Assembly: GCA_918797485.1 (NCBI GenBank)
Contig: CAKKNE010000001.1
Location: 5,084,001 to 5,148,000 of the forward strand
DNA: 64,000 nt
Reading direction: 5' to 3'
Source: Pelagomonas calceolata
Taxonomy: Eukaryota
Positions 9,722 to 19,879 of this stretch are shown piece by piece. The notes beneath the pieces are model-generated. The model was not told where the DNA came from and did no database searches. It saw only the letters and a program-made list of their open reading frames with translations. Position 1 is the stretch's first letter; the number at the start of each line of letters is the position of its first letter. A program made the position numbers and the translations under genes.

Positions 9722-12037
9722 TCAACTACACGCCCGCAGCCCCTCCTCGACGACGCCCGCGAAGAACGACGCGTCGCCCGCGCCCTCCGTTTTGACGGTC
9801 AGCTGCGTCGACGAATCGGCCGTGGAGATGACGGCCTGGGCCAGGTACAGCGCCCCCAGGGAATCCCGCGCGTAGACGAAGAACTTGAGCTCCTGGCCGA
9901 CCTCACCCGACGCCATCGTGTGCACGTTTAATGAGGCGAGCATCGCATCCACCAGATCGGCGCCCTGCGTCACGGGCCCCACGCGCAACGTGCGCTCGTC
10001 CTGGTCGGAGATGGCCGCCCACTTGGCTTGAAACAGGTCGCCCGTGACCGAGCCCGCAGACTCCACCAATGATCTAGATGGTGGCGCGGGCGGCGCGACG
10101 TCCTCCGAGCCCAACAAGTCGAAGCTGTCCTCGACCGGCGCCGCCGGCGGTGCATCGTTTGAAACAAGGGGTGCATCGTTAGAAACGAGGGGCTCGTCGT
10201 CGGCGTCGGGCTTGTCGCGCGCCCGATGAGCCCTATCCACAAATTGGTCGGGCGTCTCGCCGTAGACCACCGCTAAGGTATTGAACGCCTCGTCGACGAG
10301 GCGGTCCATGACCGCGCAGTTGTCCTCGGCGAAGGCCCCCTGGATGGAGCAGGGGTCCCTTCCGGATATCACTCTTTGTGCCACGTTGACATCACGTCGT
10401 AACAATCGGAAATATAACAGAGCCTTGTCCCGCACGTCCGACGACGTCTGATCTTCCAAAGCCGCATCTAGCAACCGCCCGAGCATGTTCTGCACCTCCG
10501 GCGGCCGCTTGAAGAACAAGCGACACGTCGCCGTTAAGAGTGCGAGTTTGACGTCCACAGAGGTCTCGGTCGCATAAGCATCGATGAGCGGTTCCAACAC
10601 ATAAGGCGCGGACGGTATTTCCTCGCCCCACTGCCCTACTAGGAAGAGAGCCGCGGCTCGACCTTGCGGCTCCTCGGCGTCTAACTCGCCCAAGTATCTT
10701 CCCAATGAAGGGAGCACGTCGCCCCGTCTCTCGGGGTACTTCCTTAATACGTCCTTTGCGACCAGTAACGCTTCGGCCTTGACGTAGGAGTACTCCAAAT
10801 CTAAAAACTCCACTAATAAGGAGCAGCACGCCTCCGCTTTTGATCTTAATCTTGATGCGACGACGCCGGTCGCTCGGATCGCCGCTTTGGCTAAGGAAGG
10901 GTCACAGTCGCCGGCATATTCTCGTAGCTCCGATAAGATATCCTCCGCACTACTCTCAGAAGCTAATTGCGCCAGCAATTGGACCTTCTGATGTTTCACG
11001 CAGGCCGGCTCGTCGTATCGAATGTAGAACTGCCGATATTCCGACGCGAAGACCTCCCGACACCTGAATACGAGTAATTCGGCGTGTTTAAGTAAACAAT
11101 ATAACCCTTCATTGTTCGACTTGGACATTAATGTCAACAAAGGGGCTTTTAACCTTTCGTAGACTTGCGCATGTAACTCTGGTAGATCTTTTGTTAACTG
11201 TACAAAACAACCGATGGCCTCCAACACGACGCCGGCATTGGAAGTGCGCAAAACAGGATCCAGGACGTTCATCACCTGAAATCTTTCGTCATCCGACTCG
11301 GGCGCATATCTCGCGGCTAATTTCAGAGTGGCACACAGCCCCCACTCGTTGAAGTCGTTCAACCTTGATAACAAATGGTGGACAATAGCCTTGTTGATGG
11401 CGATGCCGCCCTCCTCGAGCATGATCTCATCGAGTACTACGACGCAATTACTCACGACCATCCCATCGGTGTCGCGTAACATGTCGTACAACACATCGAT
11501 CAAATCCGAAGACCGCACCGTCGACTGGTCCATGTGGTAGACCTTGAGGACGCCCATGACCGCCGTTCTTCGCACGTACGCGGACCGATCTTTGAGAGCT
11601 CCTCGCAACAACGGCTGGATGTACTCTAGTAAAATAGGTAATCGTAGAGAGCATAAATTCCTCAACGCTAGACCACGAACCATGGGATCATCATTCGAGC
11701 AATCTCTCTGTAACGTATTCACACACATGAGACCCATCTCCGGCTGCTCGTGCGCATAACTACAAAGATAGTGGTAGACCATCTTCTTCACGACCAAGTC
11801 CCGCGTCTCCACGGACATGACCATCTGGCTGAAGAGCGGAGACACATCTATCCCTAACGTCATATATGCAATAACTTTTTTGATGACCTCGCGCTTTCTT
11901 TTCGGGTCCCTTTCCACCGCTGGGCTTCTTAGTAGCGTTCTCAATTCATTCACTTCGCCCTTCTTGCCCTGCTCGGAAAAGTATTGGCTATTTTGGGGTG
12001 GTGCGCTGCCTCTTCTTTGCGGCGGCGGCTGCGCCAT
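9722..12037 (-). CDS. AP4B1: Adaptor protein complex beta subunit, AP-4 beta-like
   Basis: KGEVNEL, KKVIAYMTLGIDVS, KKMVYHYL, DPMVRGLALR, FFKRPPE, DVRDKALLY, FNTLAVVY; short ear domain. Confidence 0.88.
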   Translation of the reverse strand: MAQPPPQRRGSAPPQNSQYFSEQGKKGEVNELRTLLRSPAVERDPKRKREVIKKVIAYMTLGIDVSPLFSQMVMSVETRDLVVKKMVYHYLCSYAHEQPEMGLMCVNTLQRDCSNDDPMVRGLALRNLCSLRLPILLEYIQPLLRGALKDRSAYVRRTAVMGVLKVYHMDQSTVRSSDLIDVLYDMLRDTDGMVVSNCVVVLDEIMLEEGGIAINKAIVHHLLSRLNDFNEWGLCATLKLAARYAPESDDERFQVMNVLDPVLRTSNAGVVLEAIGCFVQLTKDLPELHAQVYERLKAPLLTLMSKSNNEGLYCLLKHAELLVFRCREVFASEYRQFYIRYDEPACVKHQKVQLLAQLASESSAEDILSELREYAGDCDPSLAKAAIRATGVVASRLRSKAEACCSLLVEFLDLEYSYVKAEALLVAKDVLRKYPERRGDVLPSLGRYLGELDAEEPQGRAAALFLVGQWGEEIPSAPYVLEPLIDAYATETSVDVKLALLTATCRLFFKRPPEVQNMLGRLLDAALEDQTSSDVRDKALLYFRLLRRDVNVAQRVISGRDPCSIQGAFAEDNCAVMDRLVDEAFNTLAVVYGETPDQFVDRAHRARDKPDADDEPLVSNDAPLVSNDAPPAAPVEDSFDLLGSEDVAPPAPPSRSLVESAGSVTGDLFQAKWAAISDQDERTLRVGPVTQGADLVDAMLASLNVHTMASGEVGQELKFFVYARDSLGALYLAQAVISTADSSTQLTVKTEGAGDASFFAGVVEEGLRACS

Positions 12038-12314
12038 CTGGGGCGGCGCGTTGCGCAGGCCTCCGATGGACCGGGCGTCGCTTTTATGTGCGGCCCGGAC
12101 GCTGGCCTGAACAGAATAGCGCCGCGGCGCCGTGGTCTGGTCTAGCCGAGCTGCGCAAGTGACTTGGCGCCTGGAAGCTGCTGCGCGGCGTTTTCGCGTC
12201 GGTTCACCTAGGATCGAGAGCACAGCGCTCGTGGCTGCTCGCTAGAGCTATTCTATGAGTAGAACGTGATCAACCACCGATAACTGGGGCCAAAGGTTAA
12301 TCTCGAGTAGCGTG

Positions 12315-12336
12315 CTAGTGTCTTACTCGACGCTAG
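12315..12336 (+). promoter_or_regulatory. CTAG-box motif (ctagtgtcttactcgacgctag)
   Basis: Between divergent genes. Confidence 0.7.
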
Positions 12337-12517
12337 CTGCCATCGAATGTGATCGAGGTCTCAGCGCTGCCACAGGGCCGCCGCGTGCCTATTTGCTGGC
12401 TCAGAAGTCGCACGGCTCACTGGTGGTTGCCGGTGTGCAATCGAACGTTCAGCCGTACGCCAGCCGCCGCGCAATCACACGCCAAAGCCAGCGGCCGAAT
12501 TTTCACGCGCAATCACC

Positions 12518-13672
12518 ATGCGCTTAGCACTCACACTCCTCATCATCACCACGACAAGGGCCCAGCCCCAGCTCTGGCGCGACTTGAAAGAGCGCAACGA
12601 GCGCTTCGCGAGGAAGCCGATCCGGCCAACGAGGCAGACGCGCGGCCAAGCTAGAATAACGCCGCGCAAGCCCCAGTTACCTCATTTGCAATATCGAAAG
12701 CACGAGCTCGATTATGCCAGCCACCACGCCTATGTTGATTTCGAGCACAAGTTGCTGTACTGCGCGATCCCCAAAGTCGCGTGCACGGAGTTCTTTCGTT
12801 TGTTCCACCGCATGGCCGATTCCAAAAAAAAGTGTGCCACCGTGGGCCAATGTGCGACTCAAATGACCGAACGGCAGCGCAACCGCTGGAAGGGCGACCC
12901 GCACTTCCGGCCCGACAAACCAATTCTCAACAAAGTCGCGACGCCCGAGGAAGCCACGCACGCCATGAACGACAAAAACTTCACGAAATTCGTGTTTTTC
13001 CGGGACCCTGCGGAGAGGTTACTTTCAGCATATTTGGACAAGTTCGAGCACGGGTCGAGGTATCGCGTCGGGTATGGTTTACGTATCTTCAAAGATCCGA
13101 AGATGAACTTTTCGGGGTTTGTGGAACGGATTGAGAGAGTGAACAAACGAAGATCAAACCCAGATGGGTTGCACCCGCACACGAACCCGCACTGGCGGCC
13201 GCAGCGCTTCATGTGCAATTTGGAGAAGTTTTTACCGCTGTACACCTTCGTGGGGTCCTTTACTCATCTGAGGGAGCACACCGAGTTGATGCTGAGACAG
13301 GCTAACTTGTGGGAGGAGTTCGGTGCGCGTGGGTGGCCGCTCAAAGCACCAGGAGGTTCAGGGAAGGTGCCGGCGCGGGGGCCCACCGGTAGTATGTTTC
13401 AGAAGAACACGGCCTGGCACGCCGATGGTACTTCCAGCAAAACGGAGCAGTACTACACGCCCGAGCTCCTTGCTCGTGTGAGAAAAGCCTACGCCATGGA
13501 CTACGAGATGCTTGAATCTATCAACGCTTTGGGTTCGGAACCGACGACGGGCGCCGCGTGGGCTGCCTCATTGAATGCGAAGCAGAAGCTCTGGCACTTC
13601 GACCGCGGCTTTTATGATGAGGCGCTCAAGCCGCCCGAGTCAAAGTGTCCTGAAAAGCCCTATAGCTGTTAA
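12518..13672 (+). CDS. Carbohydrate sulfotransferase (Sulfotransfer_2 family)
   Basis: 5'-PSB IPKVACT, 3'-PB RDPAERLLSAY, NPHWRPQ, YAMDY; signal peptide. Confidence 0.88.
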   Translation: MRLALTLLIITTTRAQPQLWRDLKERNERFARKPIRPTRQTRGQARITPRKPQLPHLQYRKHELDYASHHAYVDFEHKLLYCAIPKVACTEFFRLFHRMADSKKKCATVGQCATQMTERQRNRWKGDPHFRPDKPILNKVATPEEATHAMNDKNFTKFVFFRDPAERLLSAYLDKFEHGSRYRVGYGLRIFKDPKMNFSGFVERIERVNKRRSNPDGLHPHTNPHWRPQRFMCNLEKFLPLYTFVGSFTHLREHTELMLRQANLWEEFGARGWPLKAPGGSGKVPARGPTGSMFQKNTAWHADGTSSKTEQYYTPELLARVRKAYAMDYEMLESINALGSEPTTGAAWAASLNAKQKLWHFDRGFYDEALKPPESKCPEKPYSC

Positions 13673-13753
13673 TTTTGAATTTTGTCAACTCGCGACGATG
13701 GCGTCACGGCGAGACCGCGACGATGGCGTCGCGGTAGACTTTGAAACTAGACT

Positions 13754-14470
13754 TTACGCCTCCCGGTCGAGCCAGTCGACGTCCCGGTACCGCTCGTCCG
13801 TGAGCTTCGCGTCCTCGCGCGCCAGCTTGTCCTTCACCGACGCCCCTCCCTCGACGCCGACCAGTCCCAACTCCGAGGCCGACGATAATAGCGCCTCCGC
13901 GGCGGGCGCTGACAACCGTACTTTCGTACCGGGCGGCGCCTGCGCCGCCACGATGTCCAACAACCCGCGCTCCGAGCGCACCACCACATCAGGGTCGCGC
14001 TGGTCCGGCGTCATCAGTAAATGCACGATGTCGAAGCGGTCTTCATTGGTTTGGACGCACGCGACGCCGGCCGCCTGCGTCTCCGAGTTCCGCAGAATGC
14101 CGTACACCTGGGCGCCCTTCCAGTCCTCGCCTAAGGTTTTGGCGATGGCCTCGGGCCCCGCCATCGACGCCGTCGCGAAGGTCCGCATGTCGTTGTAGGC
14201 CCGGAAATACGCCTTCTGCACGAACATGCTTCGCTGCACGGACCGGTCCGGGTGCGTGTGCTCCGGCAGGAAACCCAATGCAATGTCGTTCTCGACGCCC
14301 GTCTTCCACTTCGTCACGAGCATGGCGCCCTGCGCCGGCGCCAGGGCCTTGAGCTCGTCGGCGACGGCCGCGGCGCGCAGTCGCGTGCTTGGCCTCAGCT
14401 GGCGCGCCGGCGAAAATGCATGCGACGCTAGCAGGAGAGTGCCGAGGACTGTGGTGGCAATGCGTGACAT
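13754..14470 (-). CDS. Hypothetical plastid-targeted protein
   Basis: MSRIATT...LLLASHAFSP bipartite presequence. Confidence 0.7.
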   Translation of the reverse strand: MSRIATTVLGTLLLASHAFSPARQLRPSTRLRAAAVADELKALAPAQGAMLVTKWKTGVENDIALGFLPEHTHPDRSVQRSMFVQKAYFRAYNDMRTFATASMAGPEAIAKTLGEDWKGAQVYGILRNSETQAAGVACVQTNEDRFDIVHLLMTPDQRDPDVVVRSERGLLDIVAAQAPPGTKVRLSAPAAEALLSSASELGLVGVEGGASVKDKLAREDAKLTDERYRDVDWLDREA

Positions 14471-14883
14471 GGCGAGTTCGCTTGCGTGTCGTTTTACTGC
14501 AATGATTTTGCTGCCTTGTCTTGCAGCAGCAATATCTCGCGCTGTTCGTCCTCCGAGCACGCGGTTTGTTGCCCAGTGGGGCACCGATGTACGGTGGTCG
14601 CTTTCAAATGCCCAGCAGTCAATGCAAGCAATTAATGGGCTCGCAAACAGCGGCACGAGCGCAACACCGTCATCTCGAGTTTTTGGAGAGGAGCCTCCGG
14701 GCGGGGCATCGTATGAGGCATCAAACGGAGCGAGTGATCTCTCGCAACAACCAGGACGGGTAGGGCCCGTTGGTTTCGCTTTTTTTCCTTAAAATGCACC
14801 TCGCGACGCGCGGGATTCTCATCAGCTCGTAGAAGTACAAAACACTTATGTCAAAGAACGACTCGCGGCGGCGGTGGCCCGCG

Positions 14884-16671
14884 TCAGTCTCGCTTCCATC
14901 CCTGGATGCGCAGCTCCAGCGCCTCCCCCACCCAGTACGCGTTCTTGGTGTGGTCGGCGTAGTCGCTGTCGGTGGAGTGGGGATGAATCAACACCGACAG
15001 ATCCCCCGCCTCCGACTCCAGCCACGCGCGCACTTCGTCCCACCGGTTCCGGTTTTCGTAGGACGAAAAGTCAGCTTCCCACATCGGCACGGGATGAGGC
15101 CCAATTGGTCGATCGAACGGCCGGTGGAAGCGCATCCACTCAAACTTCACCTGCATCCTCTCCCGCAGCTCCATGGCCCGGGCCCGGGATTCCGCATCAG
15201 AATAGTATACGTGCACGTCGTAGGGATTCCGACGCTTCAGGGTGTAGGCTCGTTTGGGGGCCATACCAGCCGCCGCCGCGGCCCGCGTCAGCCCCTCCGC
15301 GCGCACGAGCGCCGCCGGGCTGTGCAACAGACGCGCGGCATTGCGGGACGCTGCGACCTTCGCCGACGCGCGCGGCGCCATTTCCGCCCAGTACTCGGCG
15401 AGCGCTTCAGGCACAGAACGACGCGCCGGGCCCGGCGCCAGGTCCGTCTTTACTAGACATCGCGCGAGCGACACGGCGTCGAGCAACGCCTGGTTCGCGC
15501 CCTGGGCCTTGAAGGGCGCCATCGGGTGCGCGGCGTCGCCCAGGAGCGTAGCGTACGGAGGTAAAGCACCAGGCAGGTCTCGATCGACGATCGGATACCC
15601 CGTCACGTCGCCCGGCGCCGTCGCTTCGACGAGGCGAGCCGCGTCGGGGCAGCCCGGCCAGGCCGAGACTTGTGCGAGCGCGGCCTCGCGGAGTGCTTCT
15701 CCGTCGCCGCCCGCCGGCCCGTCGCCGCGCCAGCTGAGCTGCCACATCGTTCGCGTCGCGTCGAACGGCATCGTGTATATCCGCACGGTGCCGTCGACGG
15801 CCTCGAAGCAGTCCGCGGCGTACTCGAACGGCGTCGAGCAGAAGCCCAGCACCACGAAGACGCCCAGAGGCGTCGCCGCCGCGTCTTCGGCGCAGAGCAG
15901 CCGCCGCGCCGTCGACCGCACGCCGTCCGCGCCGACCAGAATCGAACACGACTCGGTGACGCCATCGACCGTCAGCGACCAGCCGTCCTCAGAAGGCGAT
16001 GCCGATTCAAGCTTCGCGCCCCAGCGAACCGTGTCCGGTTGGAGCCTCGCGAGCAGGACGTCTCGCAGCGTCCCGCGCGGCAGGTGCGTCGCGGCGGCCT
16101 TCGCCCGCGCCCCGCGCCCGCGCCGCGCCGCGGCGGACCGCTCGCCGTGCACACCCAGCTCGGCGCCCGTGTTCGCATCGATGGACACGTGCCTGTCGGT
16201 CGGCGTCGCCGCGGCGCGGACCGCCTCGCTCACACCGAGGGCGTCCAGAGCGCGGCCGCCCTGCTGCATCGTCAGGCCGTACCCCGCCTTCCGCGTGCTC
16301 GCGTCGGCGTCGCGCTCGTAGACCACACAATTGATGGAGCGGTGCTGCAGGGCCAACGCTAAAGCCAGGCCGCCCACGCCGCCGCCCGCGATCGCCACGG
16401 TGGCGTTCGTCGTCGGCGATTGTGGCGCACCGGCGACGATGCCTCGTCCCGCGCACGTTTCGCAGCGTTTGCGTGGTGGCGGTCCGCCGTTTCGTCGTCG
16501 TCTCCGCGATCTGGTGTATATGCTGCCGACGCTGCTGCACGCCTCGCAGGCGCGCCAGGCGTCGACTGCCGCCGCAGTGACCGTGCGCCGATGGTGCTGC
16601 AGGTGCTGCACAGGACTGCTGCGCACCAACGGCGCCACGCGTCGCATAAATAGCAGCATCACGAGCAGCAT
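14884..16671 (-). CDS. FAD-dependent monooxygenase fused to a C-terminal DOPA 4,5-dioxygenase-family domain
   Basis: GGGVGG, GADGVRS, LLGDAAHPMAPFKAQGANQALLDA; then YDVHVYY...IGPHPVPMWE...LSVLIHPHS...DH...AYWVG. Confidence 0.85.
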   Translation of the reverse strand: MLLVMLLFMRRVAPLVRSSPVQHLQHHRRTVTAAAVDAWRACEACSSVGSIYTRSRRRRRNGGPPPRKRCETCAGRGIVAGAPQSPTTNATVAIAGGGVGGLALALALQHRSINCVVYERDADASTRKAGYGLTMQQGGRALDALGVSEAVRAAATPTDRHVSIDANTGAELGVHGERSAAARRGRGARAKAAATHLPRGTLRDVLLARLQPDTVRWGAKLESASPSEDGWSLTVDGVTESCSILVGADGVRSTARRLLCAEDAAATPLGVFVVLGFCSTPFEYAADCFEAVDGTVRIYTMPFDATRTMWQLSWRGDGPAGGDGEALREAALAQVSAWPGCPDAARLVEATAPGDVTGYPIVDRDLPGALPPYATLLGDAAHPMAPFKAQGANQALLDAVSLARCLVKTDLAPGPARRSVPEALAEYWAEMAPRASAKVAASRNAARLLHSPAALVRAEGLTRAAAAAGMAPKRAYTLKRRNPYDVHVYYSDAESRARAMELRERMQVKFEWMRFHRPFDRPIGPHPVPMWEADFSSYENRNRWDEVRAWLESEAGDLSVLIHPHSTDSDYADHTKNAYWVGEALELRIQGWKRD

Positions 16672-16708
16672 TGTTTAACGCATCGTTGGGCCACTCGTCG
16701 CCGTGTAA

Positions 16709-16730
16709 CTAGCCGGCGTCGCGGAACTAG
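16709..16730. promoter_or_regulatory. Degenerate CTAG-box (ctagccggcgtcgcggaactag)
   Basis: CTAG-N14-CTAG between divergent genes; core diverged. Confidence 0.4.
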
Positions 16731-16867
16731 GACTCGACGCTCTCTGCTCCGCGAGGCGCTGCCAGCTTCAGCTGAGCTTTTGGCGGGCGTGCGCCAGCGC
16801 TCGCAGCGCTCGAAATAAATTGTCCGCGCGCCGTCTGCACAGCAATCGAGCACATGCTCACGGCTGG

Positions 16868-18163
16868 ATGATGCGCTACGTGCTACTTTTCACGTGCTGC
16901 CATGCGGTGCAGTACAAAGTCACCTTCAAGAGGGTCAGCGCCTTCGCGAAGCCGGGCACCGCAGTGCGAGGAGACGTGGACGACGCGACGTGCCCGTACC
17001 GCTTCGACCTCTACGCGGGCGGGCGGTCGCGCAAGGCCGGCGAGCGCGAGCGGTCGTCTATCATTGTTTCGACGGAGAGGGCCGTCGACGCGACGTGGAC
17101 GCTGCGACTCATTGGCGAGAAGGTGGCCGTCGAGGCCGACGGCGGCTGCCGCTTCACGGCGAAGAATCGGGAGAGCAAGGGCGTGCCGTTCGTAACTCCA
17201 GAAATATTGCCTCGGTTTGTAGATGAAGACGGCACCGTATGTTGCGAATGCGACGTCACCGAGTGGCCACCGACCGAAGCAGTGTCCTGGCCAGACGCGC
17301 TCCCCGCGGCCGACGTCCGGCCGAAGCGGGAGTTGCACGCGGGCGCGACGTTTGTACCCATCTGGCGGGACCTGAAGCAGCGCGCCAACCTCGGAGAGAA
17401 GGGCTGCTACGGCGGCGTAGACTACGTCGTCGAGCGCGTCTCGGTGGATGGCGAGGCCGCCTTCGAGGCAGCACCGGGCGCGATCCTGACGGTGCGGCCG
17501 GCGTATCCACTGGTGAGGCGCCTGGAACGGGTCTGGCCCGTGGACGTCCGCGAGGACGAGATCCCGGTCGCGCTGTCGTCGGCGGACTACACGGCGTTAA
17601 CGGGTGTAGGCTTCGCGGGCGTCGCGGCTGCTTGGCTGGCGATCGCAGGTTTTCTTGCAACTCAAGTTGGCGGGCTCGTCGAGGTACCGACGCTGTCCAT
17701 GACGCCTACGATCGAGCCGGGCGACACGCTCGTCGTGGAACGCGTGACTCCTCGATTCAGGTCGCCGGCGGTCGGCGATGTGGTCGTGTTTGACGCGCCC
17801 GCCGCGTTGAAACGCGTCAGCGGCAATAGCAAGGCGCAACTGTACGTGAAACGCGTCGCGGCGGTCGCCGGCGACCGCGTCCGCGTCGACGACGACGGCG
17901 GCGTCTCGGTGAACGGCGCGCCGCGGCGGAGTCCGGCCGGCGACCGCGTTTGCGATCTCCCGGAGGCGCGCGCCGAGCTCAAACGAGTCCTCGGCGACGC
18001 GCGACGGTCAAAGATCGCCGTCGAGGAGCTCTCGGTTCCCCGTGGCTCGGTCTACGTCCTCGGCGACTGCGCGGACGTGTCCGTCGACTCGCGGGTCTGG
18101 GGGCCGCTCCGCACGTCGGAGATCCGCGCCCGTCCGCTCAACACGCTCAAGGGGAGAAGGTAG
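16868..18163 (+). CDS. Signal peptidase I (S26) with long N-terminal extension (MATH-like region)
   Basis: PTLSMTPTIEPGD, GDVVVF, YVKRVAAVAGD, VLGD...SVDSRVWG. Confidence 0.85.
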   Translation: MMRYVLLFTCCHAVQYKVTFKRVSAFAKPGTAVRGDVDDATCPYRFDLYAGGRSRKAGERERSSIIVSTERAVDATWTLRLIGEKVAVEADGGCRFTAKNRESKGVPFVTPEILPRFVDEDGTVCCECDVTEWPPTEAVSWPDALPAADVRPKRELHAGATFVPIWRDLKQRANLGEKGCYGGVDYVVERVSVDGEAAFEAAPGAILTVRPAYPLVRRLERVWPVDVREDEIPVALSSADYTALTGVGFAGVAAAWLAIAGFLATQVGGLVEVPTLSMTPTIEPGDTLVVERVTPRFRSPAVGDVVVFDAPAALKRVSGNSKAQLYVKRVAAVAGDRVRVDDDGGVSVNGAPRRSPAGDRVCDLPEARAELKRVLGDARRSKIAVEELSVPRGSVYVLGDCADVSVDSRVWGPLRTSEIRARPLNTLKGRR

Positions 18164-18222
18164 CTAAGTTAGGTGTGAAATGTACTCGGCGGCCCGTACG
18201 AAATCGATATGGATAGGAGGAT

Positions 18223-19476
18223 CTAGTTCTCGCGCTCGTAGCCGCCGCGGCCCTCGAAGTCGTCGGGCAGGCCCTGGGGCGACAGGACGAACTGCCAGAG
18301 GTGGATCGACCGCGCCGCGAAGCCCGCGGCACTCCCTTGCAGGTAGTACTCCCACATGCGCCAGAAGCGCTCGTCGTATTTTTCGGCCGGTAACTCACCG
18401 CGCGCCGCGATAGAATTGTCCCACCAGGCCTGGCACGTCCGCTTGTAGTCGACCCCAAAGTTGTGCCAGTCCTCGAGCTTCCAGCCGTCGCCGATGCAGC
18501 CCGGCTGGAAGAAGGTCTGGGGCCCCGGGATGCACGCGCCCGGGAAGACGTACTTCTCGAACCAGGGGTCCTGGTTTCTATCGTCGACACTGTTGCCGAT
18601 CGTGTGCAGTAAAAACAGGCCCTGCGGTTTAATGACCTTCCGGATCTGGCGGAAGAAGTTCGGGAAGTTGCGAGGACCGACGTGTTCCATCATGCCCACG
18701 CTGACCACGCGATCGAACAGCGGCGTGCCCTCCCGGATGTGGCGCTTGAGGAAGTCCCGGTAGTCGATGATCTCGAACGTCTTGTTCTCATGGTTGAAAT
18801 GCTCCTTGCTATAGACCTCGTGCTCCACGCTCAAATCACAAGCGTGCACGGAGACGCCGAAGTGCGTGCAGAGGTAGTAGCTCAAACCACCAAAGCCGCC
18901 GCCCAGCTCCAGCACGCGCATGCCCGGCTTGAGCTTGAGCTTGCGGCCGATCAAGTCCAGTTTTTGCCGCTGGGCCTGTTCTAATCCTCCTACCATGTTG
19001 CCTGTCCACGTTAAGTCGTTGCAGCCCTTCCAGTACGCACACGTGTACTGCATGTGGCTACACAACATCTTCTCGTAGAGATCATTGCCCAGATCATAGT
19101 GCATCTTCGCGACTTTCCGAGACCGGAAGATGGACTGCGGATTCAACAAACCCAAATTAGCGGCAAAAAATTGGATAAACTTGAAAAACGCCTGGAACCG
19201 CGACTCCAGACTACCAGTCTCGATGCCCTTCTTCAGTACATCAAATAATTTGGTACCGGGCGTCCAGTCGCCGTCCATGTACGCCTCGCCGAAGGCGATG
19301 GCGCCCTTGTAGATGATTCTAAAATATAAACGGTCGTCGTGGACGACGATCTGATGACTTTCGAGGTCCTCCTTCTTCTCAGAGGCGTCGACGCACTCGA
19401 GGCCGGCCTGCCACTTCATGAGCCGCTGCACCGGGCCCTTGAGCTTGGAGCCGATGAAGGTCTCGAGGCCAGGCAT
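18223..19476 (-). CDS. cfa: Cyclopropane-fatty-acyl-phospholipid synthase-like methyltransferase
   Basis: FGEAYMDGDW, HYDLGNDLY, MQYTCAYW, LEQAQRQK, VSVGMMEHVG, KYVFPG, RFWRMWEYYL. Confidence 0.92.
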   Translation of the reverse strand: MPGLETFIGSKLKGPVQRLMKWQAGLECVDASEKKEDLESHQIVVHDDRLYFRIIYKGAIAFGEAYMDGDWTPGTKLFDVLKKGIETGSLESRFQAFFKFIQFFAANLGLLNPQSIFRSRKVAKMHYDLGNDLYEKMLCSHMQYTCAYWKGCNDLTWTGNMVGGLEQAQRQKLDLIGRKLKLKPGMRVLELGGGFGGLSYYLCTHFGVSVHACDLSVEHEVYSKEHFNHENKTFEIIDYRDFLKRHIREGTPLFDRVVSVGMMEHVGPRNFPNFFRQIRKVIKPQGLFLLHTIGNSVDDRNQDPWFEKYVFPGACIPGPQTFFQPGCIGDGWKLEDWHNFGVDYKRTCQAWWDNSIAARGELPAEKYDERFWRMWEYYLQGSAAGFAARSIHLWQFVLSPQGLPDDFEGRGGYEREN

Positions 19477-19879
19477 GATTTTTTTTTGGTGCTCACGCTT
19501 GGTCTGTGCAGCGGTTGCGCGGCGGGCAGCGTCCTGCGGCTTCAAGCAGCTTCTGCAAGCAGCGCTTGCTTGCCGCGTCGACGAGTAAGCTGCTTATCCA
19601 CGAATGACGGGCAGCTCGCTGCTGGATGCCGAAATCGCGCGCTTCGCTTTGTGGCTCGCCATGTAGGGGCTCGGAGTCCCTACGCGACGGGTGCCGCCGT
19701 GACGAGAGCACTGCGGTCGGCGAAACGAGGGCGCGCACGAATCTCGCGCATCCGCGCCGCCACCACAGGTCGCGACTCGCCAGACGCCTGTCGCCGTCCT
19801 GTCGCCCCCAAAGCAAGTAAAACTCGCCAGACGCCTGTCGCCGCGCACATCAACCCAAGGTAAGTACACAACAAAACCT

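Noticed and set aside
19770..19845. Direct repeat ACTCGCCAGACGCCTGTCGCCG x2 (and AGAGAGATAATCG x2 at 34321-34370)
   Set aside because: Short local duplications with no TIR/TSD or other copies seen
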